Assembly (NCBI GenBank): GCA_965203555.1
Contig: CBDBCY010000004.1
Span: forward strand, 2,304,001 to 2,368,000
DNA from: Acidimicrobiia bacterium
GTDB taxonomy: Bacteria > Actinomycetota > Acidimicrobiia > Spongiisociales > ZC4RG35
Direction of reading: 5' to 3'
DNA length: 64,000 nt
Part shown: positions 15,847 to 25,937 of the stretch, piece by piece
Numbering within the stretch: the first letter of the stretch is position 1
Layout of the letters: each line of letters starts with the position of its first letter
Notes under the pieces: generated by a model
What the model saw: only the letters and a program-made list of their open reading frames with translations
Databases searched by the model: none
What the model was told of the DNA's origin: nothing
Position numbers and translations under genes: made by a program

Positions 15847-18083
15847 TCTCTCCCCCCCGGCTGGACGCGGTCCCCAAGGTGACCGGCAGGGCGCGTTACG
15901 CGGTGGATTTCCGAGCCCCGAACATGCTTTATTCGTCATTGGTCCGATCAGAACGGGCTCATGCCATGCTGGAAGGCATCGACGCTTCGGCGGCGCTGGC
16001 CACCGAGGGGGTGGTGGCGGTTATCACCGGCTACGACCTCGCTCCGCTCTTCCCCCGCTTCGGTCACATCATCGCAGACCATCCCATCCTGGCGATCGAC
16101 AAGGTGCGTTACCTTGGCGAACCGGTGGCGCTGGTGCTGGCTGAGGATCGGTACGCCGCTTCGGACGGCGCGGAGTCGGTGCAGGTCGCCTACCGGGAAC
16201 TGGCGGCGGTGATGGATCCCGAGCAGGCCTTGGCGGAGGATGCTCCCCTGCTCCACACCACCGATTACGGGGTGGGTGACCGTTCCTTCGAGGAGGCTCA
16301 CTCGGAGTCTCGCTCCGACAACGTCTGCCACCGGGTGGAGCTTTCATGGGGAGACGTGGATCAGGCTTTGTCCGAAGCCGACCTGGTGGTGGAGACCTCT
16401 ACCTCTTATCCCAAGCTGTACGGCTATGCGATGGAGCCCTACAACGCTCTTGCCCGTTTCGAGGACGGGTATCTGAAGGTGATCACCACCGCTCAGCATC
16501 CGTTCATGGTCCGGGACGATCTGGCCCGGGTGTTCTCCCTGCCGCTCAGCCATGTTCGGGTCACCTCACCCTATGTGGGCGGCGGCTACGGCACCAAGTC
16601 CTACACCAAGGTCGAACCGCTGGCGGCGGTGGGCGCCTGGTACACCGGTCGACCGGTGAAGGTGGAACTCGACGCTACCGGCTCGATCCTCACTACCCGC
16701 GCCGACTCGGCTCAGGTCACCATCCGGTCCGGATTCAAGGCCGACGGCGTGCTTTTGGCCCGCGATGTTCGGTTGACCCTGGACACCGGCGCCTACGCCG
16801 ACAACGGGCCGTTGGTGCTTTCCAAGGCCTCTAATCGCTCCTTCGGTCCCTACCGGAACGAAAACGTGCGGGTGAGCGGCACCGCGGTGTACACCAATAC
16901 GGTTCCGTCTTCCTCCTATCGGGGATTCGGCGCCCCGCAGGTCAGCCTGGCGTCCGAGCTCAACATGGATCAGGCTGCCCAGCAACTGGGTGTCGACCCC
17001 GTCCAGTTGCGTCGCCGCAATCTCATTCCACCCGGCGAGCGTCACTATCCGGGCAAACGCCCGATGGACGCCGATCTGGTGTCCGACCTCGACCTTCTGG
17101 CGGAGGCGCTGGGCTGGGGGGACCCGGTGGAGGAGCGCCAGGGAATCGGGTTCGGGGTGACCGCCTCCGACGCGGGGGCCTACCCGGTCTCCACCGCCAC
17201 GGTCAAGATTCTCCCCGACGGTTCGGTGCTGGTGTCGACCGGCTCGTCGGAGATGGGGCAGGGGAGCAGAACGGCGCTGGCCGTGATCGCCTCCCGGGAG
17301 TTGGGAGTTGCCTTGGAGAGGGTGGCCATAGCCCAATCCGACACGCACGCCACTCCTTATGAACGGACCTCTGGAGCGAGCCGTACCACCACCCTCACCG
17401 GCCTGGCCGTCCAGAGGGCCTGTTCGGAACTGTTGTCGCGTCTGGAGACGGCAGCTGCGGAACTTCGGGGAGGTCCGCTCACCGAAGTAAAGGCGGCTGA
17501 AGGGATGGTGGTAGGGCCGTGGGGCGATCTCACTTTCGGAGAGGTGGTGCAGGGTTGGTTCGGCGGCCGGCTGGGAGAGCTGTCGGCCACCGGGGTGGTG
17601 CGCCGGGTGGGAGAGTTGGAAGAGCTTCCTCCCTTCTGGGAGATCGGGGTGTCGGGGGTGAAAGTGCGTGTCGACTCCGACACCGGCCAGGTGACCTGTC
17701 TGCGCATGGTTACGGTGGCCGACGTCGGCCATGCCATTCATCCGGAGATGCTCAAGGGGCAGGATGTGGGAGCGGCCACCCAGGGGCTGGGTGCGGCGCT
17801 CTATGAAGAATTGGTGTACGACGGCCCGCAGTTGGTCAACTCCAACCTGGTGGAGTACCGGGTTCCCCGCGCCGGGGACATGCCCACCCAGATCGTGACC
17901 ATCGTGGCGGAGCGTGGTGACGGGGTGGGTCCCTACGGCGCCAAAGGGGGAGGGGAGGGAACTCTGAATCCCATAGGGGGAGCCACCGCCGCCGCGGTCG
18001 GCCGGGCGGTGGGCCGCTGGCCGGACCGGCTGCCACTCACTCCGGAACGAGTGTGGAGATTGATGAGAGGAGACGGAAGCTGA
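15843..18083 (+). CDS. Xanthine-dehydrogenase-family molybdopterin-binding subunit
   Basis: 'KVTGRARY', 'VGGGYGTK', 'SYRGFGAPQ', 'EMGQG', 'GAKGGGEG'. Confidence 0.93.
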   Translation: MISPPRLDAVPKVTGRARYAVDFRAPNMLYSSLVRSERAHAMLEGIDASAALATEGVVAVITGYDLAPLFPRFGHIIADHPILAIDKVRYLGEPVALVLAEDRYAASDGAESVQVAYRELAAVMDPEQALAEDAPLLHTTDYGVGDRSFEEAHSESRSDNVCHRVELSWGDVDQALSEADLVVETSTSYPKLYGYAMEPYNALARFEDGYLKVITTAQHPFMVRDDLARVFSLPLSHVRVTSPYVGGGYGTKSYTKVEPLAAVGAWYTGRPVKVELDATGSILTTRADSAQVTIRSGFKADGVLLARDVRLTLDTGAYADNGPLVLSKASNRSFGPYRNENVRVSGTAVYTNTVPSSSYRGFGAPQVSLASELNMDQAAQQLGVDPVQLRRRNLIPPGERHYPGKRPMDADLVSDLDLLAEALGWGDPVEERQGIGFGVTASDAGAYPVSTATVKILPDGSVLVSTGSSEMGQGSRTALAVIASRELGVALERVAIAQSDTHATPYERTSGASRTTTLTGLAVQRACSELLSRLETAAAELRGGPLTEVKAAEGMVVGPWGDLTFGEVVQGWFGGRLGELSATGVVRRVGELEELPPFWEIGVSGVKVRVDSDTGQVTCLRMVTVADVGHAIHPEMLKGQDVGAATQGLGAALYEELVYDGPQLVNSNLVEYRVPRAGDMPTQIVTIVAERGDGVGPYGAKGGGEGTLNPIGGATAAAVGRAVGRWPDRLPLTPERVWRLMRGDGS

Positions 18084-18775
18084 TGGATGTGAGCAGGCTG
18101 GAGCCGTGGGTGGCGGAGGCGCGCCGCCGCTACCGGACCGCCGAGGATATGGTCACCGGAGTTCTCCGGGAGGCGATCGTCACCGGCGCGTTCAGTCCCG
18201 GAGAGCGACTTCCCCAGGATCAGCTGGCCGAGTTGTTGATGGTCAGCCGTATGCCCATCCGTGCCGCCCTGCGCCAACTGGACTCCGAAGGGCTGGTGGT
18301 CAACATTCCCCATCGCGGCGCCAAGGTGCGGGAATTGTCACCTGCCGAGTTGCGTGAGTTGTACGAACTGCGGGTGGTGGTGGAGTGTTTTGCATTGCGC
18401 CGGTCGGTGGGGGAGGCCGTTCCCACGGACCTTCTGGAGTTGGGGGAACTGGCCGAAAGCTGCGAAGAAGCCGAGGAAGGAGATGAGTGGATCCGACAGA
18501 GGTGCGCCTTCTACCGGCGGCTTTACACCATTGGCAACGGAGTCAGGGTGGTGGATACCATCATGGCGCTTCGCGCCGAAGTGAGCCGGTACTTGTTGCG
18601 GAAGAGGTTCTGTCCCGGGTGGCACCGAGAATTGCTGGATATTCTGGCCAAGGGCGATGCCGAAGAGGCTGCCAAGTCCCTCGAGGACCATCTGATGGAG
18701 GTGCTGGAGTCGATGGAAGAGGAGATCAGCGCCGCCAATGGGTGGAACGGAGCAGGGGACCGGGAGGAAGGATGA
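18083..18775 (+). CDS. GntR-family (FCD) transcriptional regulator
   Basis: 'LREAIVTGAFSPGERL..LAELLMVSRMPIRAALRQLDSEGLV...PHRGAKV'. Confidence 0.92.
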   Translation: MDVSRLEPWVAEARRRYRTAEDMVTGVLREAIVTGAFSPGERLPQDQLAELLMVSRMPIRAALRQLDSEGLVVNIPHRGAKVRELSPAELRELYELRVVVECFALRRSVGEAVPTDLLELGELAESCEEAEEGDEWIRQRCAFYRRLYTIGNGVRVVDTIMALRAEVSRYLLRKRFCPGWHRELLDILAKGDAEEAAKSLEDHLMEVLESMEEEISAANGWNGAGDREEG

Positions 18776-19722
18776 GAAAGGAGCAGGTTGCTTTCTACAG
18801 CCACGGGGAGAGAGTGGTGGGTACCCTGCACCTGCCCGATTCGAGCGGGAGCCGTCCAGGTCCGGCCATAGTTCAGGGACCGGGCTGGATGGGTTTGCGC
18901 ACCGCCGGGCTGTACGGTCCCTACCACCAGGCCTTTGTGTCGGCGGGAATGGCGGTCCTGATCATCGACTACCGGGGGTTCGGCGATTCGGGAGGCGATC
19001 TGATGGCCTTCTCCCCGGCGCGACAACTGGAAGATCTGATCAATGCGGTGACCTATCTCACCACTCGCCCCGAGGTGGATGCCGATCGGATCGGCGCATT
19101 CGGGTCGGGAGGGACGGGGGGCGGCAATGCGGTTTGCCTGGCTGCATCGGATGCGAGGGTGAGGAGCGTGGTCTCCCAGGTTCCGGTTGCCGACGGTCGC
19201 GACTGGCTGCGGAGAATGCGACGGGGCTACGAGTGGCAGGAATTCTTGGAGCGGATACAAACCGACAGGGCCAAGAGGGTGATCACCGGCCAGGGGGAGT
19301 TGGTCCATCCCCAAGAGATCATGATTCCAACTCCTGAACGGAGGGCCACCAGCATAAAAAAGGACGTCGATTCCCGGGTTCCCGTTCGCCTGCCCCTGGC
19401 GGCGGCGGAGGGGATCATGGCCTACCAACCGGTCGAGATGGTTGATCGGATCTCTCCCCGGCCGTTGCTGATCGTGGCGGTGGAAAACGATCCGGTCACC
19501 CCCACCGATCACGCCCGGGCGCTCTACGACCGGGCCGGTCCGCCCAAGAAACTGATTGTTCAGCGGCACACCACCCATTACGCCGCCTACCGGCAATACG
19601 GCAGGACGATCATTCCCCACATAGTGGGCTGGTTTCGAAAAGGTCTGGGGACGGCCAGGATAAAGGCTGTCGAAGCAACCACGGACAAAGAGGAGCACAT
19701 GATTATCGAGGAGATCGAATGA
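18772..19722 (+). CDS. Alpha/beta-hydrolase fold protein with atypical nucleophile elbow
   Basis: 'IDYRGFGDSGG', 'VDADRIGAFGSGGTGGGNA', 'PLLIVAVENDPVTP', 'TTHY'. Confidence 0.85.
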   Translation: MRKEQVAFYSHGERVVGTLHLPDSSGSRPGPAIVQGPGWMGLRTAGLYGPYHQAFVSAGMAVLIIDYRGFGDSGGDLMAFSPARQLEDLINAVTYLTTRPEVDADRIGAFGSGGTGGGNAVCLAASDARVRSVVSQVPVADGRDWLRRMRRGYEWQEFLERIQTDRAKRVITGQGELVHPQEIMIPTPERRATSIKKDVDSRVPVRLPLAAAEGIMAYQPVEMVDRISPRPLLIVAVENDPVTPTDHARALYDRAGPPKKLIVQRHTTHYAAYRQYGRTIIPHIVGWFRKGLGTARIKAVEATTDKEEHMIIEEIE

Positions 19723-21110
19723 ACATCAACAGAGTCATCAGAGGCGCCGCGGTGGTCAGGGAGGGTTGTCTGCAGGAGATGGACATTATGGTGGCCGGGG
19801 AGCGGATCTCCGGGCTGGCCGTGCCGGGTGCCATCGCGCCCCCCTTTTCCGCTGAGGTGGTGGAGGCTGACGGATTGTGGGCTTTGCCGGGGGGAGTCGA
19901 TGTCCATGTCCACTTGCGGGAACCCGGTTATACCCACAAGGAGGACATCGAGACCGCCACCCGCGCCGCGGCGGCCGGCGGCTACACCACCGTGTTGGGG
20001 ATGCCCAACCTGAAGCCGCCCACCATGACCGCCGACGATCTCCGGGAGACTTTGAAGTTGTACGACCGAAAGAGCCTGGTGGACTACAACCACAATCCCG
20101 CCGCCAAGCAAAAAGAGGAACTGGCGGAGATGGCGACAATGGGGATCGCCGCCTACAAGATCTACATGGTCGCCGATACCGGCCGGTCGTATCCGCATCC
20201 TGCCGCCATCGGGGTTCATGATCACGGACATCTCTTGGAAGCGATGCAGACCGTGGCCGAAACCGGTCTGATTTTGATGGTCCATCCTCATGACCAACGC
20301 ATAGAAGAAGTGGTGGAGCAGCGTTTCTGGGATGCGGGGGACCGATCCCCCGAGGCGTATGCACGCACTCTGATGACCGGAGACGGGATGCTGTGGGACA
20401 CCGCTTCCGCTCTCCTGATCCGCATGGCCGAGGCCACCGGCTGTCGATTGCACATTGTGCACACCACCACCACCCGCCAGATCGAGATGATCCGAGCGGC
20501 GCGCCGGCGCGGCGTGGCGGTTACCTGCGAGGCGAATCATTGGACACTGTTTCTCGCCACCTGGGAGTTGGTGAAGGAGTTGGGTCCCTACGTGCTTTCG
20601 TATTGGGTTCCCCCCCATCACCAGGAAGCGGTGTGGAGAGCCCTGGCCGATGGGTCCATCGACATGGTCGCCTCCGATCACGCTCCCCACACCAGGGAGG
20701 AGAAGGACGTCGGCTACCGGGACATGTGGGCCGCTCACACCGGAACCCCCGGGATCCAATACCAGTTGCCTCTCCTGATCGACGCCCACCATCAGGGCCG
20801 GATCTCCCTGGCCCGGCTGGTGGAGGTGGTGGCGGGCGCCCCCGCCCGGCTGTTCGGTCTCTCCGGAAAGGGCCGGATCGAGCCGGGCGCCGACGCCGAC
20901 CTGGTCCTGGTCGATCCTCACAGGGAGTGGACGATCACCAACGAGTCGGTGCTTTCCAAGATCGACTGGACTCCCTATCACGGACGAACAATTAGGGGAG
21001 CGGTGCGGCGCACGATGGTGCGGGGGACCGACGTCTACGTCGATGGAGAAGTTGTAGGGACCCCAGGCTTTGGTCGCCAAGCTGTTCCCGACGCCCCCAA
21101 TAGGAGTTGA
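19719..21110 (+). CDS. Dihydroorotase/allantoinase-family cyclic amidohydrolase
   Basis: 'PGGVDVHVHLREPG', 'AAAAGGYTTV', 'LHIVH', 'ASDHAPH', 'KGRIEPGADADLV'. Confidence 0.92.
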   Translation: MNINRVIRGAAVVREGCLQEMDIMVAGERISGLAVPGAIAPPFSAEVVEADGLWALPGGVDVHVHLREPGYTHKEDIETATRAAAAGGYTTVLGMPNLKPPTMTADDLRETLKLYDRKSLVDYNHNPAAKQKEELAEMATMGIAAYKIYMVADTGRSYPHPAAIGVHDHGHLLEAMQTVAETGLILMVHPHDQRIEEVVEQRFWDAGDRSPEAYARTLMTGDGMLWDTASALLIRMAEATGCRLHIVHTTTTRQIEMIRAARRRGVAVTCEANHWTLFLATWELVKELGPYVLSYWVPPHHQEAVWRALADGSIDMVASDHAPHTREEKDVGYRDMWAAHTGTPGIQYQLPLLIDAHHQGRISLARLVEVVAGAPARLFGLSGKGRIEPGADADLVLVDPHREWTITNESVLSKIDWTPYHGRTIRGAVRRTMVRGTDVYVDGEVVGTPGFGRQAVPDAPNRS

Positions 21111-21113
21111 ACC

Positions 21114-22091
21114 ATGAATTTCGGATTGTTGCTGCCCCACTTCGGTCGTCACATCGACCGCGACATGCTCTGGGACGGGGCGAGGAGAGCAGAGGAACTG
21201 GGCTTTGACTCCCTGTGGGTCAGAGACCATCTGATGTTCGAGCCCCATGGAGAATTCGAGGCGCCCAACAGGTCTTTTCTGGAGCCCTTAACGGTGCTGA
21301 CGTCGGTGGGGGCAGTCACTTCCTCGATCATGCTGGGAACAGCAACCCTGATTCCCTATCGTCATCCGCTGGTGGTTGCCGCCACCCTTGCTTCGGTCGA
21401 TTCGCTGGTCGGCAATGGCCGCCTGATCACCGCCTGGGGGGCCGGCGGCTATGACTTCGAATTCGAAGCCGTTGGGATCACCGGCGTATTCCGACCCGAG
21501 TTGGTGGAGTCCAATGCGCGGATCCTGGCCAAGATTCTCTCCGAGGACCACGTCACCTACCAGGACAGGCACTACCGGTTCGAGAACGCCACCATCCGCC
21601 CCCATCCCGCCACTCCCATTCCCTTCTGGTACGGAGGGGCCACTCCCGCCTCGGCTCGCCGAGCCGCCACCTATTGCAGCGGCTGGATGCCGGGACGGAT
21701 CACCCTTCCCACCATCGCCAAGCGGGTGGCCCAGATGCAAGGGCTCACCCGGGAGAACGGACGTCCCATGCCGACGGTCGCCTGCATACCGCCCACCAGC
21801 ATCGCCGAGACCACCGAGGAGGCCATGGCCGGGACGTCGCTCGAAGGACTTCTCGCCTGGGCCAACACCCGCGGCAAATGGTGGGTCAAGCCTCCTTCGG
21901 GTCGCTTCGAGACCGCCGAGGACATCGAAGGTTCCCTGATCGCAGGAACCCCGGACGAGGTGGTAACCGCCACCGCCAAGTTCGAAGACGTGGGCGTCGA
22001 CCACCTGGTCTTCGACCTGCGTCTCTCCTTCGACCGATGGCTTCAGAGCATCGACCTGCTGGGCAGAGAGGTGATCCCCCGCCTTCGATAA
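21114..22091 (+). CDS. LLM-class (luciferase-like, possibly F420-dependent) oxidoreductase
   Basis: 'AEELGFDSLWVRDH', 'LGTATLIPYRHP', 'PFWYGG'. Confidence 0.9.
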   Translation: MNFGLLLPHFGRHIDRDMLWDGARRAEELGFDSLWVRDHLMFEPHGEFEAPNRSFLEPLTVLTSVGAVTSSIMLGTATLIPYRHPLVVAATLASVDSLVGNGRLITAWGAGGYDFEFEAVGITGVFRPELVESNARILAKILSEDHVTYQDRHYRFENATIRPHPATPIPFWYGGATPASARRAATYCSGWMPGRITLPTIAKRVAQMQGLTRENGRPMPTVACIPPTSIAETTEEAMAGTSLEGLLAWANTRGKWWVKPPSGRFETAEDIEGSLIAGTPDEVVTATAKFEDVGVDHLVFDLRLSFDRWLQSIDLLGREVIPRLR

Positions 22092-22101
22092 GGGCCGTTC
22101 G

Positions 22102-22268
22102 TTCGCCACCCTCGAATGCGTGGACTGGTACCCGTCTACCGCAGATTCCTCGAACCCATAGAAGACATCCCACCCGCCCGAAAAGGAAACCAACTACTGT
22201 AATAATAGACTTGTACCACAAACCGGAGAACTACTCACACAAAACACCGGTAAACCCGGGGCGGTCCA
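22102..22268 (+). mobile_element. Degenerate IS3-family 3' remnant
   Basis: Decayed 'ATLE.VDWY..R.LEPI.DIPP' coding trace. Right end ...AAACCCGGGGCGGTCCA. Homologous to 26030-26196. Confidence 0.75.
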
Positions 22269-22436
22269 GTTGAGAGGATTCCTAGCTAGTGATAAGTCTG
22301 TCAAGTAACGGAATAGGTCGGGATCTGGCCTCGCATAGGCTAAACGCCTGCGTGGTGCTGCGTGGAGGCCGGCCGTTTGACCTACTCGACCAAATGGCAG
22401 ACATACCACCGGAAACATAGGGGAGGATTGCTCCAA

Positions 22437-24459
22437 ATGCTCCGCTTGGCCGAAGAACTGCTGCTGTTGCTCTTGGACGACCGGACCGGTGACTTTTCCA
22501 ACCTGCCCGACCGGACCTTGGGCTACGCACTGGCCGGGGTGGCGCTGATGGATCTGGCCCTGGAGGGCCGGATCGACACGGACACCGACTCGCTCACCCT
22601 GACCGACCCGACGCCGGTGGGCGACGACCTGCTGGACCCCATCCTGGCCGATATCGCCGAGGAACTCAACGCCCGGCCCGACGCGCTCCCGACCGTCTTC
22701 TGGATCAGACGCATCGCGGAACGGGCGCACGAACTGCGGGACAACGCCCTGGCGCGACTGGCGGACAGGGGCATCCTGGACGCCGACGACGGGCTGACGA
22801 TGTTTGCCCTCTCCCGCCTGACGGCGCGCGCCAGGCGGTACCCCCGGGCGGAGGGGGAGTCAGAACGGGAAATTCATGCCCGAGTTATGGGCGTCCTGTT
22901 CGGCAGCGACATACCGTCGCCGGAGGACGCCATGATCGTCGGGCTGGCTCATGCGTGCGGCGCCTTCCGGCAGATGCTGACCACAGCGGAGTATGAGGAA
23001 GTGGAGGGCCGAATAGAGCTTGTCGCCAGGCTGGACCTGATCGGGCAGTCGGTGACGGGCGCCATCCGCAACCTGAGCCTGGCGGAGTCCCATACCCTGA
23101 CCCGGGTCATCCGGGACCAGGGCGGCGGCTGGCCGCGGGCCTCCGGGGGACTGCCCTTGGTCGGCCACGCTCTCCGGCTGAGCGGCGACCTCCGCGCCTT
23201 CTTCACCGAGCAGTATCTCCGACACGGCCCGGTGTTCGAGGTCAGCGCCTTCGGAAGAAAAATGGTGGTGCTGGCGGGGCAAGAAGCCAATTTATTCATG
23301 AGACGGGAGGGAAAGTCCCATCTGCGAAACCGGGAGCTTTTCGCCGGGTTCTCCCATGAAGTGGGTGCGGCCAACGTCGTGACGGGCATGGACGGAGCGG
23401 ACCATCGCCGCCTGCGCCAGACCATGCGCTCCGGCTACTCCCGGGCCCACTATCTGCGGAAGATGTCCGACGCCGTCGCTGTCGTGGAGCGCGAGCTGTC
23501 ACAGTTACCGTTGCAACGGCCCATAGCCGGTTATCACACCATGCAGCGCATCATGACCGAGCAGATAAGCGTGGTTTCGGCCGGCACCTCCTCCGACGGC
23601 TACCTGGAGGACGCCGTCACTTTCATCGAAATGCTGGAGTTGGTTCATCTGGCTCAGCGGCGCCCGAAGTTCATGCTGCGGACTCCGCGGTTCAGACGGG
23701 CGCGGCAGCGCTTGGAAGAGCTCTTCGAGAAGGTACTGGCGTCCCACGAGCCAGAGTTGCGGGAAGGCGCCCAGCGGGACCTGGTGGACGACCTGCTGGA
23801 ACTCCGTCGTTCCTCTCCCGACTTCATGCCGGACACGGACCTGTTCATCAACGTGATGGGACCCTTTCTGGTTGGCGTAGACACGGTGTCCGGCTCCGTC
23901 TCATTCATGCTCTACGCCCTGCTGAAGCACCCCAGCCTGCTGGAGCGGGTGCGGGCCGAGGCCGACGGGCTGTTCGCCGGCGCCGGGCCGGACCCGGAGA
24001 AGCTCCGCGGGATGACGGTAACCCAGGGGGTCATCCTGGAAACCCTGCGAATGTATCCCATAGTGCCGGCCCTGAAGCGCACCGTGACCAACTCCTTCGA
24101 CTTCGCGGGGTACCGGATCCCCGCCGGGACCCAAGTGCTCATGGCAGTGGCCGTCCCGCACTACCTGCCGGAGTTCTTTTCCGACCCGCAGCGCTTTGAC
24201 ATTGACCGCTATTCGCCCGAGCGCCGGGAAAACATCCGGCCTGGAGCTTTCGCTCCCTTCGGGCTGGGCCACCACAGTTGCCTGGGACAGGGTTTCGCCC
24301 AGGCGCAGATGCTCCTCACAATCGCCACCATGCTGCACCGGGCGGAAATAGCGTTGGATCCGCCGGATTACCGGCTGAAGATCAGCCATGCGCCGGTGCC
24401 CAGCCCGGACCGCAATTTCAGGTTCCGGCTACTGCGAAGACGACGGGGGGGGGGGGTGA
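22437..24459 (+). CDS. GPP34/GOLPH3-domain - cytochrome P450 fusion. As written it reads through a G12 tract to 25037; the probable natural stop is TGA 24457-24459
   Basis: N-terminus 'LRLAEELLLLLLDD..G...LAGVALMDLALEGRI...PTPVGDDLLD'. P450 I-helix 'VGVDT', 'ETLR', 'FDIDRY' and heme Cys 'PFGLGHHSCLG'. GGAGG RBS. Confidence 0.85.
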
Positions 24460-25710
24460 TTGAGCGCCATATCCACTCCGAACGCCAGGTCGCAGCGTCT
24501 CTACGACCTGGACGCCCTGCGGGCCGTGGCCATGTTCCTGGGCGTGGTACTGCACGGCTCCATCTTCGTGCTGCCTGCCCCCCAGCACCTGTGGCCGATT
24601 CACGACCCGGCCGCCACCGGCGACCCGACCTACAAGGTGGTCATCGACTTCATCCACGGCTTCAGAATGCCGGTGTTCTTCCTGCTCAGCGGCTTCTTCA
24701 GCGCCCTGCTCTGGCAACGGCGCGGCCTGCGCGCCCTGGCGGTACAGCGCCTGAAGCGCGTCGGGATTCCCTTCATCGTATCCTGCCTCACCATCCTCCC
24801 CCTCAGCGTTTGGCTGCTCCAGCTCATCGCCGGCCGGGTGGAGCCCTACGACTTCCCGCCGTGGGCGCTGCCCCTGATCTGGCTGTTCGGCACCCTGGGG
24901 CATCTCTGGTTCCTGTGGTACCTGCTGCTGCTGATGGGCTGCTTCCTAGCGGCGGCGCGGGCCGGACTTCAGTTCCTGCATCCCGCTTGGTGGCTTATGA
25001 TACCCCTCTCCCTGGGGACTTCGCTCCTGATGGTTGATCCGGTCTACGGGCCGGACACCGCCGTAACCATCGTCCCGAGGCCGGCCCTGTTTTTCCACTA
25101 CGCCTGCTTCTTCGTATTGGGGGCCTTCTTTTACCGGCGCGGCATGACCGTCCGCCGCCGGTGGGCCGCGGCCCTGCCGCCTGCCGCACTAACCTTCTGG
25201 GCCGGCTATTACCTGCTGGAAAAATACCTGGCGCCCTTTGGCGGGGACAGTGCCGAGGCCGGGACGGCTTTCCTGTTCAGGAACAACCTGACCCTCTTCG
25301 CCGCGCTGCTGGAGGCCGCTTTCGCCTGGCTGATGTGTTTCGGGCTGATGGGGCTTTTCCGCTGGGCGGCGTCCAGGGAAAGTTTTGCCGTGCGCTATCT
25401 TTCCGATGCGTCCTATTGGATGTACCTGATTCATCTGCCGCTGGTGGTCATCGCCCAGCACCTGGTGTTGAATCTGCCCATCCACTACCACCTGAAGTTC
25501 CTGCTGGTGGTGGCCGGGGCCAGCGTGGCCCTGCTGGCAACCTATCAACTGGCCGTGCGATACACCATCATTGGCCGGACGCTGAACGGGCCACGGACCC
25601 GCCGCCGGCCCGGCTCGGCAACCCGGGCGGTCCAGCCTCCGCCAGCCAGAGGGCCACGGATGAGAGGGACTCGTGCCGACCAAGTGCCGGCTACACGGAG
25701 GCCTTCGTAG
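24460..25710 (+). CDS. Acyltransferase-3 family membrane protein (OpgC/MdoC-like)
   Basis: 'RLYDLDALRAVAMFLGVVLH', 'IHGFRMPVFFLLSGFF', 'HLWFLWYL', 'SYWMYLIHLP'. Confidence 0.9.
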   Translation: MSAISTPNARSQRLYDLDALRAVAMFLGVVLHGSIFVLPAPQHLWPIHDPAATGDPTYKVVIDFIHGFRMPVFFLLSGFFSALLWQRRGLRALAVQRLKRVGIPFIVSCLTILPLSVWLLQLIAGRVEPYDFPPWALPLIWLFGTLGHLWFLWYLLLLMGCFLAAARAGLQFLHPAWWLMIPLSLGTSLLMVDPVYGPDTAVTIVPRPALFFHYACFFVLGAFFYRRGMTVRRRWAAALPPAALTFWAGYYLLEKYLAPFGGDSAEAGTAFLFRNNLTLFAALLEAAFAWLMCFGLMGLFRWAASRESFAVRYLSDASYWMYLIHLPLVVIAQHLVLNLPIHYHLKFLLVVAGASVALLATYQLAVRYTIIGRTLNGPRTRRRPGSATRAVQPPPARGPRMRGTRADQVPATRRPS

Positions 25711-25937
25711 AGAGAGCCGTCAGCTGGGATGAAACCCAGGGATGTGGGGACAACCGGCGCCTGATTGCGACTCCATCACGGGCTCTCCGGGGAGAGATGC
25801 CCTGGTCATGAGGCCGGCAGGGACCGGAGGAGGGGGCCAGGCATTCGGCCCTGCGCGTTGTCGTGGGTTGGGGTCTGCACGGGGTTGTCCAACCGGTATC
25901 TCACCGTCCCCCGTGATGACGATCATCCCCCCGTGAT

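Noticed and set aside
14110-18083. Aerobic CO dehydrogenase
   Set aside because: The large subunit has 'SYRGFG', not the 'AYRCSFR' active-site loop of form I CODH, so it is a generic molybdo-hydroxylase.
19587-21248. Long antisense ORFs (also 46763-48226, 48223-49500, 16566-17741 and others)
   Set aside because: These are shadow frames opposite well-supported genes, expected in high-GC DNA.
22362-25037. 891-aa ORF as a real three-domain protein
   Set aside because: The last ~190 aa are low-complexity read-through overlapping a clear acyltransferase gene, caused by the G12 tract.
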